Source of the DNA: a virus
Lineage: Duplodnaviria; Caudoviricetes
IMG/VR virus record: IMGVR_UViG_3300033153_001834
Coordinates: 1 to 57,520 of that record
Reading direction: 5' to 3' (one strand)
DNA length: 57,520 nt
The translations under genes and the position numbers were made by a program. This document shows positions 8,871 through 16,700 of this stretch, one piece after another (within the stretch, counting starts at the first letter, position 1; each line of letters opens with the position of its first letter). Under the pieces are notes generated by a model. It was given only the letters and a program-made list of their open reading frames with translations. It was not told where the DNA came from and did no database searches.

Positions 8871-9269
8871 ATGCCTTTACATATTAAGAAGTATAGTGAT
8901 TGGATTAAAGCTAAATTTAATTTGTCCCAGTTTAAAAAAGAAGAATTATTATTAAGAAATGAAATAATTAATGATTTTACTACACAAACACCAGAACATA
9001 AAATAGAAGGGATAGAGTCAGAAACTCTTGAAAACTTTAAACTAAAATATAAATTTGGTTTAAATCGTAATATTGATAGAGCAGAACTAGATACAGTCTG
9101 GAAAAAATTATCAGAAGAAGAAAAAGGTTGTATTGATTGGAAGCCTTCTCTTAAATTAAAAGAATATAAAGCATTAGAAAAATCAAATCCTGATAGCGTT
9201 CTGCTTGGATGTATTATCGAAAAACCCGCACAATCAAATCTTGAAATAGTTGACCTTAATTATGAGTAA
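8871..9269 (+). CDS. hypothetical protein of Sak4/SSB module
   Basis: AGGAG SD; WKPSL....Y..L motif; position before AAA recombinase. Confidence 0.6.
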   Translation: MPLHIKKYSDWIKAKFNLSQFKKEELLLRNEIINDFTTQTPEHKIEGIESETLENFKLKYKFGLNRNIDRAELDTVWKKLSEEEKGCIDWKPSLKLKEYKALEKSNPDSVLLGCIIEKPAQSNLEIVDLNYE

Positions 9270-9561
9270 TCCAGCGTTAATAGAAATGAAAAAATACTTA
9301 GGTTTACCAGAAGATTATACAACGTCTTTTGCTACACTTTATAAAGTAGCTACTCGTTTTGAAGAAATGACTAGTAATGATCAAGGAATTACTCCTTTTG
9401 GTATAGTCTGTTGGTTAGATAAGTTCGGTAATTTTACTGAGAAAAAAGACCTATGTTCAAGAGTAGTTAATAAGATTTTTATGGGAATGGGAAAAGATAT
9501 GGTACAACTGTTTCCATTTATAGAATTATGTGCCAATAATTATATTGAGGAAGAAGAATAA
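9262..9561 (+). CDS. hypothetical protein
   Basis: packed ORF; ATG at 9262. Confidence 0.55.
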   Translation: MSNPALIEMKKYLGLPEDYTTSFATLYKVATRFEEMTSNDQGITPFGIVCWLDKFGNFTEKKDLCSRVVNKIFMGMGKDMVQLFPFIELCANNYIEEEE

Positions 9562-10244
9562 TGGCTATTAAGATTCAAAGTACAAGCCAAAGTGTAAATT
9601 CAGTAAAAGCTTTAATTTTTGGAGAAAGCGGTGTTGGTAAAACAAAGCTTGCCGCTACAGCCCCTACTCCATTAATCTTAAACGCAGAAGGTGGTCTTTT
9701 ATCTCTAGCTGGAGATAATTTAGATTCTGTAGATATTAAGACTGTAAAAGATGTAATGGATGTATACGAATTTATTACAGAATCAGCAGACGCAAAAAAA
9801 TATGAAACTATTATTCTTGATTCAGTTTCAGATGTAGCAGAAGTATATCTATCTACTCTAAAGAAAAAATTTACAGACCCAAGGCAAGCTTATGGAGTTC
9901 TAGCTGACGATGTAGGTGATATGATTCGTGCCTTTCGAGATATTAAGCATAAGCATGTATATTTTATCGCAAAAGCAGGTAGAGTAGAAGATGAAAATGG
10001 TATTGGTGAAATTAAATCAATTATGCCAGGAAAAACTTTAACGAATGGTCTTCCTTTCTTTTTCGATGAAGTTATGGCTTTACGAATCGGTAAACTTGAA
10101 GATAAGTCAACATATCGTTATTTACAAACCTCAGGAACAGTCGGTTATAAATGTAAGGACAGATCTGGAGCATTAGATTTACAAGAAGAACCTGACTTAA
10201 CCAAACTTTTTCATAAAATCATCCAATATACAAATAAAAAATAA
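9561..10244 (+). CDS. Sak4-like AAA ssDNA-annealing protein
   Basis: GESGVGKT Walker A, AEGGL, ILDSVS, LPFFFDEV, KDRSG. Confidence 0.85.
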   Translation: MAIKIQSTSQSVNSVKALIFGESGVGKTKLAATAPTPLILNAEGGLLSLAGDNLDSVDIKTVKDVMDVYEFITESADAKKYETIILDSVSDVAEVYLSTLKKKFTDPRQAYGVLADDVGDMIRAFRDIKHKHVYFIAKAGRVEDENGIGEIKSIMPGKTLTNGLPFFFDEVMALRIGKLEDKSTYRYLQTSGTVGYKCKDRSGALDLQEEPDLTKLFHKIIQYTNKK

Positions 10245-10317
10245 TAAAATTATAGCATAACGCTAAATCGTTTGTCTAGCGTAATAGACACATACTAAAT
10301 AAAAAAAGGTATAAAAA

Positions 10318-10881
10318 ATGGCTAAATTAAAATTTAATGCAAAGGCTGCAGAGCCAATGGAAGAAAGAAGTTTTATTCTTTTACCAGAAGACGACTATGT
10401 ATTTTCCCTTATTAAATCTGAAATGAAAAGAAATAGTAAGGATACTGCCGACCGATTAAACTTTCAAGCTAAAGTTTTAAATGGTGAGTTTAAAGGTAAT
10501 ATTGTTTTTATCGGACTTAATTGGGGTCATCCTAATCAAGATGCTCAAGCTATTTCAGACCGTGAATTTAAATCTATTTGTGATGTCGTAGGTAAAGGCG
10601 ATGAAGAGATTGAAGAAACAGAAGAGCTTCACGGAATCCCATTTATCGGAACTATTATTCACTCTAAACCATCAGGTGATAAGTACGAAGAAGATGGAAT
10701 AGTTAAATGGCAATATGGACCAAAAGCAGAAATTAAGAAATACGCATCTGCAGAAGGCTCGGATTTATTAGACGGTATAGATACGTCTGATTCCTCTGCT
10801 ACAGAAGGCGGTGGTAGTGCTCCTGCTAAAGTTCCCTGGAAACAAAAAGGCGAAAATTCAGAACAAGAAGCTTCTGAGTAA
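10318..10881 (+). CDS. single-stranded DNA-binding protein (DUF669-like)
   Basis: LLPEDDY...GEFKG..F..LN..HPN..A..I; acidic tail with PW motif; follows Sak4. Confidence 0.75.
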   Translation: MAKLKFNAKAAEPMEERSFILLPEDDYVFSLIKSEMKRNSKDTADRLNFQAKVLNGEFKGNIVFIGLNWGHPNQDAQAISDREFKSICDVVGKGDEEIEETEELHGIPFIGTIIHSKPSGDKYEEDGIVKWQYGPKAEIKKYASAEGSDLLDGIDTSDSSATEGGGSAPAKVPWKQKGENSEQEASE

Positions 10882-10895
10882 ACCTTTTACTAAAT

Positions 10896-10930
10896 TCTTG
10901 CACCTTTAATTAGGTGTAAGATTTTTTTTT
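10896..10930 (+). terminator. rho-independent terminator
   Basis: TCTTGCACCT-ttaatt-AGGTGTAAGA followed by T9. Confidence 0.8.
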
Positions 10931-10960
10931 GATATTTTTATATTTTACATAGAGAATAAA

Positions 10961-11818
10961 ATGCCTAGCTTAAAATCATACCACGAAAGAAAAGAAAAAA
11001 ATAAAATTACAGAATTAATAGATGAAGCAGGAAAAACAATTGGTTATCCTAGACACTATATTGGTTTAAGCGGTTTGGGAGGAAGTTGTACTAGGGCTTT
11101 ATGGTTTACTTTTAGATGGTTTTCTATGGGCGAATTACCTGGAAGAACAAATAGAATTTTTAGAACAGGGCATTTATCAGAAGAAACTATGGTTAAAGAC
11201 CTAGAATCTATTGGTATTAAATGTTGGAATACTTTAGAAGATCAAGATGAATTTATAGATGCCCACGGATATGCTATGGGTCATCCAGACGGTTATTGTA
11301 ATAACGTACCTGGAGCAGAAAAGACTATACATCTTTTAGAATTTAAAACTATGAACGATAAAGCTTTTAAAGATGTAGGTAAAAAAGGTGTTAAAGAATC
11401 TAAACCAACTTATTATGCACAAATGATGCTTTATATGCATAAGAAAGGTTTAACAAGAGCATTATTTATGGCGATTAATAAAAATGACTCTTCTTATTAT
11501 ATTGAAAGATTAAAAGTAGATAATGCTTTTGCAAAAGAATTATTAAGAAAAGCAACAGATATAGTTTTTAGTGAAAATTTTAATGATTTCCCAAGAATAG
11601 GAAGCGGAAAGCCAAGTTGGTATGAATGTAAGTGGTGTAATTATTCGGATGTATGCTTCGGAAACGAAAAACCATTAAAGAATTGTAGAACTTGTAATAA
11701 TTGTAACTTAATAGGTGATGGTAAATTTGCTTGTGGAACAGGCGACGATTATGAATTAACCGTAAAGCAACAAACGGAAGGTTGCAAAGAACATATATAT
11801 TTGGAGTGTATTAAGTGA
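10961..11818 (+). CDS. Cas4-like PD-(D/E)xK exonuclease with Fe-S cysteines
   Basis: C.R.LW..FRW, GHPDG, LLEFKT, YYAQM..YM, CKWC.Y...C. Confidence 0.85.
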   Translation: MPSLKSYHERKEKNKITELIDEAGKTIGYPRHYIGLSGLGGSCTRALWFTFRWFSMGELPGRTNRIFRTGHLSEETMVKDLESIGIKCWNTLEDQDEFIDAHGYAMGHPDGYCNNVPGAEKTIHLLEFKTMNDKAFKDVGKKGVKESKPTYYAQMMLYMHKKGLTRALFMAINKNDSSYYIERLKVDNAFAKELLRKATDIVFSENFNDFPRIGSGKPSWYECKWCNYSDVCFGNEKPLKNCRTCNNCNLIGDGKFACGTGDDYELTVKQQTEGCKEHIYLECIK

Positions 11819-12261
11819 TAGAATTAACTAATAGTGATATTCAAATGCAAGCTATACAGCTTGTTAGAAAGATAGTAAAGAAACAATTTAATAATGGTAA
11901 ACATAATTTTGTTAAAATATATGGAGTTCCTAGAGGTGGAATTCCAATAGCTTATTTATTAAGAGGTCACTTTCTTGAAGCTATAGTAGTAGATGACCCA
12001 AAAGAAGCGGATTTTATAGTCGATGATATATTAGATTCAGGTGAAACTAAGAGAAGGTATGAGAGTCAGTATAAAATACCATTTTATACTTTATATGATA
12101 AACCTAATGAATGGATAAGTTTTCCGTGGGAAAAGAAAGATAATAGTACACCTTTATTTGATAATATCCTAAGAATAGAGCAGTTTTTAGATAGTGCTAA
12201 TTATGAAGAAAAAGTAACAATATTTGAATCATTAAATAATATTATTAAAAGTTATAAATGA
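11815..12261 (+). CDS. type I phosphoribosyltransferase (Gpt-like)
   Basis: YGVPRGG, VDDILDSGET PRPP-binding loop, WISFPWE. Confidence 0.85.
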   Translation: MIELTNSDIQMQAIQLVRKIVKKQFNNGKHNFVKIYGVPRGGIPIAYLLRGHFLEAIVVDDPKEADFIVDDILDSGETKRRYESQYKIPFYTLYDKPNEWISFPWEKKDNSTPLFDNILRIEQFLDSANYEEKVTIFESLNNIIKSYK

Positions 12262-13862
12262 AACTAAGAAGTAAAATTCCAAGATACTATCAAATAGATT
12301 CTGCAGTAGCGGCACTATATAGTATTAGAAACCCCTATTCCCACCCTATTTGTGCTATACCTACTGGGGCAGGTAAAACTATTATAATCGCATTAATTAT
12401 AGTAGAGTATATTAAAAAACATCCAGAAAAAAATATATTAGTGGTTTCTCACGTAAAAGAAATTCTTGAACAAAATTATAATTCATTAACTCAAGAGTTA
12501 GATGAAGATATAGGCATCTATTCTGCTAGTCTAGGAAGAAAAGACACTAATAGAATTACAGTAGTAGGTATGCAATCTGGGAGAAATAATCCAAATGCTT
12601 TTAATAATATTGGTCTTATTATTATTGATGAGTGTCATCTTATATCCGAATATGATGAAGGTACTTATCGTGAGTTTTTGTCTAAGTTTAATTGTAATTA
12701 TATTGGTCTTACGGCTACTCCATTTAGGGCTAGAGGATATATTCATTTATCTGAAGAAGCTCTATTTACAGAAATCTGCCATGATTTAACTTCTTATGAA
12801 AACTTTAATCGTTTAGTAGATGAAGGATATTTATCTCAATTATATTCTAAAGCTACTGACCTTAAAATGGAAATACCAAAAGGAGTAGCTACTCAAGGTG
12901 GAGATTGGGCTAATAATGATTTAGATATTCTATTTAATAATGAAAGAGTTACTAAAGAGGCATTAAAAGAAGCTAAAGAAATTATTATGTCTGGTGGATA
13001 TAAAAAGATATTAGTATTTTGTATTAATATATCACACGCAGAAAGAGTATCTCTATGGTTAAATGATTTAGACGTAAATTGTAATTTTATCCATTCGCAA
13101 ATGGAAGAAGATAGAGGACAAGTTTTAGGTGACTTTAAAACAGCGTTATATACTACAGCTTTATCTAATGTAAACGTATTAACTACTGGGTTAGATGTAC
13201 CAGATATAGATATGATTATTATGTTAAGACCTACAAAATCATTATCTTTATATAGTCAAATGGTTGGTCGTGGTTTAAGAGTATGCCCAGAGAAAGGAAA
13301 GACTCATTGTTTAGTTCTTGATTTCGCAGGAAACGTATCTTCACTTGGACCTGTTAATAATCTACATATAGACCAAAAAGGAAAACCAATAAAAGGTGGA
13401 GAAGCACCAACTAAAGAATGCCCTGAGTGCCAATGCTTAAATCCTACAGTAGCTAAATTTTGTATGGCTTGTAATTATGAATTTAAATTTAAGGTTAAAA
13501 TTACATCTAGCCATTCTGAAATGGATATTGTTAAAAGAATAGAATCTCAAGAATTACACGTATCGAATGTAACTTATAATAGACATAAAAAGAAAAATGC
13601 TCCTGATAGCTTAAGGATTGATTTTAGAGTTGGATTAAGAAAATTTAGTAAATGGTTAGCTATAGAGTCTAATACTTTATATAAAGCTGATATGGCAAAG
13701 AGCGAAATACCAAAAATGCTAAAAGAAAATGAAAAAATTAAAGGGAGCTTTACTATTGATAATATAATAAAAAATAAAGATAAGCTAAAGAAACCAATAA
13801 AAATTATTGTAGATACGAATAATAAATTTCCATTAATTGAAGAGATAATATATGAAGAATAA
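12258..13862 (+). CDS. SF2 DExH helicase with Zn finger (RadD/YejH-like)
   Basis: PTGAGKT, IIDECH, GLTATPFR, LTTG.D.P, QMVGRGLR, CPEC...CMAC. Confidence 0.9.
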   Translation: MKLRSKIPRYYQIDSAVAALYSIRNPYSHPICAIPTGAGKTIIIALIIVEYIKKHPEKNILVVSHVKEILEQNYNSLTQELDEDIGIYSASLGRKDTNRITVVGMQSGRNNPNAFNNIGLIIIDECHLISEYDEGTYREFLSKFNCNYIGLTATPFRARGYIHLSEEALFTEICHDLTSYENFNRLVDEGYLSQLYSKATDLKMEIPKGVATQGGDWANNDLDILFNNERVTKEALKEAKEIIMSGGYKKILVFCINISHAERVSLWLNDLDVNCNFIHSQMEEDRGQVLGDFKTALYTTALSNVNVLTTGLDVPDIDMIIMLRPTKSLSLYSQMVGRGLRVCPEKGKTHCLVLDFAGNVSSLGPVNNLHIDQKGKPIKGGEAPTKECPECQCLNPTVAKFCMACNYEFKFKVKITSSHSEMDIVKRIESQELHVSNVTYNRHKKKNAPDSLRIDFRVGLRKFSKWLAIESNTLYKADMAKSEIPKMLKENEKIKGSFTIDNIIKNKDKLKKPIKIIVDTNNKFPLIEEIIYEE

Positions 13863-14031
13863 ATGCGACCATTGCGGAAAATCACCAATAGATTATTTAT
13901 TTAGTATAAGTAAATATTGGTGCTTCCATTGTAGAAAGCATTATGACTTTCCATTAAAAGAAGGTCAAAAGTCTATCCATATAAAGGGGTTAGTAGGTAA
14001 TGAAGATAGCAATAATAATACCAACAAATAA
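13852..14031 (+). CDS. small Zn-ribbon protein (59 aa)
   Basis: MKNKCDHCG...WCFHCRK; fills gap between helicase and glycosyltransferase; not in ORF track. Confidence 0.55.
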   Translation: MKNKCDHCGKSPIDYLFSISKYWCFHCRKHYDFPLKEGQKSIHIKGLVGNEDSNNNTNK

Positions 14032-14770
14032 TTTAAAAGAAATCAATGGTTTTATTAAGTCTTTTTCTCAACTTAGTTCTTTTAAAAAGTTTTGTGAACT
14101 AGTTATAATAGGAAATGGCAATGTTAATAAAAGTAAGATTAATTATACAAATAATTTATCAATAAGATTTATTAGAATAAATGAAGATTATACAGATAAA
14201 ATTATACCTTTCGCAAAATTAAGAGGCGAAGGGATGAGAAAATCTAATGCAGATTACTTTCTTTTTATGGATGATGATAATAGATTTCTAAAAAGTTGTG
14301 ATTCTTATTTTGTAAATTGCGTACAGTTTTTACAAGATAATCCTTTATGTTCAATTTTGCAAGCTGATAAAACTAGAGATAAAAAATATGGAGCTTATTA
14401 TAAAAGCGATGGTTTTTATTGGACTGGTTATGGTTTATTCTTAAAGAATATTATTAGAGATTATAATCAATTATTAGACTTTAAAGGTTGTTGTGAAGAA
14501 ACTTTATTTGCTTATGAAACTTTAAATTTAGATGGTTTATCATATACTATGTATGGTAATCCTACTTGGAGAGATACTTCTAAGCATCCTAAATGGAATG
14601 AGGAAAATAATAATTCATATAGCGAAGAAGTTATTCAAAATAATATTCAAGGATATATACAAGAAAAATATTGCGATAGTAATTGGAGATATTATCAAAA
14701 TATTCCAAATACTAGTTTACCAAATTTATTACAAGAAAAAATTAACAAAAGGATAAAGTATGAAATCTAG
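14000..14770 (+). CDS. GT-A fold (GT2-like) glycosyltransferase
   Basis: N-terminal IIIPT strand, FAKLR..G, YFLFMDDD DxD motif, CEE. Confidence 0.75.
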   Translation: MKIAIIIPTNNLKEINGFIKSFSQLSSFKKFCELVIIGNGNVNKSKINYTNNLSIRFIRINEDYTDKIIPFAKLRGEGMRKSNADYFLFMDDDNRFLKSCDSYFVNCVQFLQDNPLCSILQADKTRDKKYGAYYKSDGFYWTGYGLFLKNIIRDYNQLLDFKGCCEETLFAYETLNLDGLSYTMYGNPTWRDTSKHPKWNEENNNSYSEEVIQNNIQGYIQEKYCDSNWRYYQNIPNTSLPNLLQEKINKRIKYEI

Positions 14771-15314
14771 TGATATAATAATTTTTGATACCGAAACGAC
14801 TGGTTTAGATGCTCCTTTGGCAACTAAGATAGAAAGTCAACCGTATATAACGGAATTTTACGCAGTTCGTTTAACAAAAGATTTTGAATTTATAGATGAA
14901 GTAGAAACTATGATAAAACCACCTATCCCTATTTCAGAAGAAATAACAAAAATTACTGGTATTACAGATGAAGATGTAAAAGATGCCCCTAGCTTCATTC
15001 AAGTATATGATCAGATATATAATTTATTTGAATGCTGCAAAAACGTAGTAGGCCATAATGTTATGTTTGACTTAAGACTACTTAAGTTTGAACTTTTTAG
15101 ATATGATTTAGAGTATTGTTTTAACTGGCCAAGGAATCGTATTTGTACAGTAGAAAAGAGTAAGCATTATCAAAATAAAAGATTAACTTTACAAAAGTTA
15201 CATATTCATTTATTCGGTAGTGAGTTTACTGGAGCCCATAGAGCACGACATGATGTAGAAGCTACTGCAAAATGTTTTATGGAAATGGTAAGAAGAGGAG
15301 ATATAGTATTATGA
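14760..15314 (+). CDS. dnaQ: DEDDh 3'-5' exonuclease (Pol III epsilon-like)
   Basis: FDTETTG, ITGIT, VGHNVMFD, HRA..DVEAT. Confidence 0.9.
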   Translation: MKSSDIIIFDTETTGLDAPLATKIESQPYITEFYAVRLTKDFEFIDEVETMIKPPIPISEEITKITGITDEDVKDAPSFIQVYDQIYNLFECCKNVVGHNVMFDLRLLKFELFRYDLEYCFNWPRNRICTVEKSKHYQNKRLTLQKLHIHLFGSEFTGAHRARHDVEATAKCFMEMVRRGDIVL

Positions 15315-15757
15315 ATTTTATTTATATAGCAGGTCCATTTTTTAATAATAAACAAAAAGGTTTAATTAAAAGAATTGAAAAAGAATTAGATAAATACGGA
15401 ATTAAGTATTTTTCACCTCGTTCTGAAGGAGTATTAATTGATATGACTCCAGAAGAAAAAGAAGAACAAATGGTAAAGATATTTGATTCTAATATATTTC
15501 ATTTAGAAAATTGTAAAGGAGTAATAGCGGTAATAGATGATTGGGATACTGGTACAGTATTTGAAATTGGATATGCTAATGCTATAGAAAAACCAATTTT
15601 TACCTTATCAGATAATGATTATGGATTAAATGTTATGGTTAGGCAAGCCGTTAGATGTCATAATATAGACGTAAAAAATGCAGTTATAAATATACTTCAG
15701 CATTTTTCAGAATCAGAGCTTACTGGAATGAAAGAATTAACTAAAGATGTAACTTAA
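15311..15757 (+). CDS. nucleoside 2-deoxyribosyltransferase / dNMP N-glycosidase family protein
   Basis: IYIAGPFF, YFSPR, D.GTVFEIGYA.A..KP. Confidence 0.85.
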   Translation: MNFIYIAGPFFNNKQKGLIKRIEKELDKYGIKYFSPRSEGVLIDMTPEEKEEQMVKIFDSNIFHLENCKGVIAVIDDWDTGTVFEIGYANAIEKPIFTLSDNDYGLNVMVRQAVRCHNIDVKNAVINILQHFSESELTGMKELTKDVT

Positions 15758-15760
15758 TAC

Positions 15761-15789
15761 TTTACAACTGTACTTACATAAGTTATTAT
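15761..15789 (+). promoter_or_regulatory. sigma70-like promoter
   Basis: TTTACA-N17-TATTAT. Confidence 0.55.
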
Positions 15790-15828
15790 ATAAGGGTAGG
15801 AAAATAATAACTTATGAGGAAGTAAAAA

Positions 15829-16230
15829 ATGAGAAGATCAAACTATAATAAACATCAAAAAAATAAAAATAAAAAGTATAGAGAAGGCAAAAGAAGATAT
15901 AAATTCGACAGAAATGATATTATTAAAAAGATTAAAGTTAGAATCATAGATGATCCTATTCAAAAATCTATTGATGAATATAATAAAAATCATTTTGGTT
16001 TTCTTTGTACTAACTATGATGATGCTCTTATTGTAAGAGTTACATTAAATCATCTTCGTCATCATTTTACTAATTATGATGAAATACTAAAGACTTTAAA
16101 TCATGCGGACTATGATTTTAATGGATTAAAAGAATTAGTTAATAAAAAAATTATGAAAAAATATAGACATTATTTTGAGGATATAAACGAATGGGCCCTG
16201 AAGGATATTATGAAAGGCTGTATAGGTTAA
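15829..16230 (+). CDS. basic hypothetical protein
   Basis: GAGGA SD; NHLRHHFTNYD motif. Confidence 0.6.
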   Translation: MRRSNYNKHQKNKNKKYREGKRRYKFDRNDIIKKIKVRIIDDPIQKSIDEYNKNHFGFLCTNYDDALIVRVTLNHLRHHFTNYDEILKTLNHADYDFNGLKELVNKKIMKKYRHYFEDINEWALKDIMKGCIG

Positions 16231-16700
16231 CATATATAGTAAGGTACAGTAATGTACCAAGAGTTAATAATGAAGATGTAGCTCAACATTCTTTTTTAGT
16301 TGCTGCTATTTTATTTCAACTTCATATGGAATATAAATTTAATCTAGGAGATGCATTAGAATTAGCAGTAGCTCACGATATATTAGAATCAGAAACATCT
16401 GATGTATGTCATCTTTTAAAGAAAGAGCATCCGGATTTATACACAGCATTAAAGAAGGCAGAAAAAGAAGCTGCAATACGTTTTCCTATATCTATTCAAA
16501 TAGCAATAGAAAGATATGATGAAAATAAATCAATAGAAGCTAAAGTGGTTCATTTAGCTGATGCAATGCAATGTCAACAATATGCTGAAAATGAAATCAG
16601 ACTTGGGTCTAATCATTATTTTAAAGAAGTACGTTCAAATAGTATTAAAAGAATAAACTTTTTAAAGGCTGAATTAAGTCAATTTTATATAGGTGAATAA
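16191..16700 (+). CDS. HD-domain deoxynucleotide phosphohydrolase (YfbR/DatZ-like)
   Basis: RY......EDVAQHSF, AHDILE...SD, VHLAD. Confidence 0.85.
   Translation: MGPEGYYERLYRLTYIVRYSNVPRVNNEDVAQHSFLVAAILFQLHMEYKFNLGDALELAVAHDILESETSDVCHLLKKEHPDLYTALKKAEKEAAIRFPISIQIAIERYDENKSIEAKVVHLADAMQCQQYAENEIRLGSNHYFKEVRSNSIKRINFLKAELSQFYIGE

Noticed and set aside
10252-10290. T4 gene 32-like autoregulatory pseudoknot before the SSB gene
   Set aside because: A TGTCTA/TAGACA hairpin is present, but the second helix is short and sterically doubtful; support is insufficient.
10961-11818. Cas4-like nuclease as evidence of CRISPR-Cas
   Set aside because: No repeat-spacer array or other cas genes; it sits in the usual Sak4-SSB-exonuclease recombination module.
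16191-16700. Z-genome (diaminopurine) system implied by the DatZ-like HD protein
   Set aside because: No purZ/purA-like or mazZ gene in the window; the neighbours point to pyrimidine chemistry.
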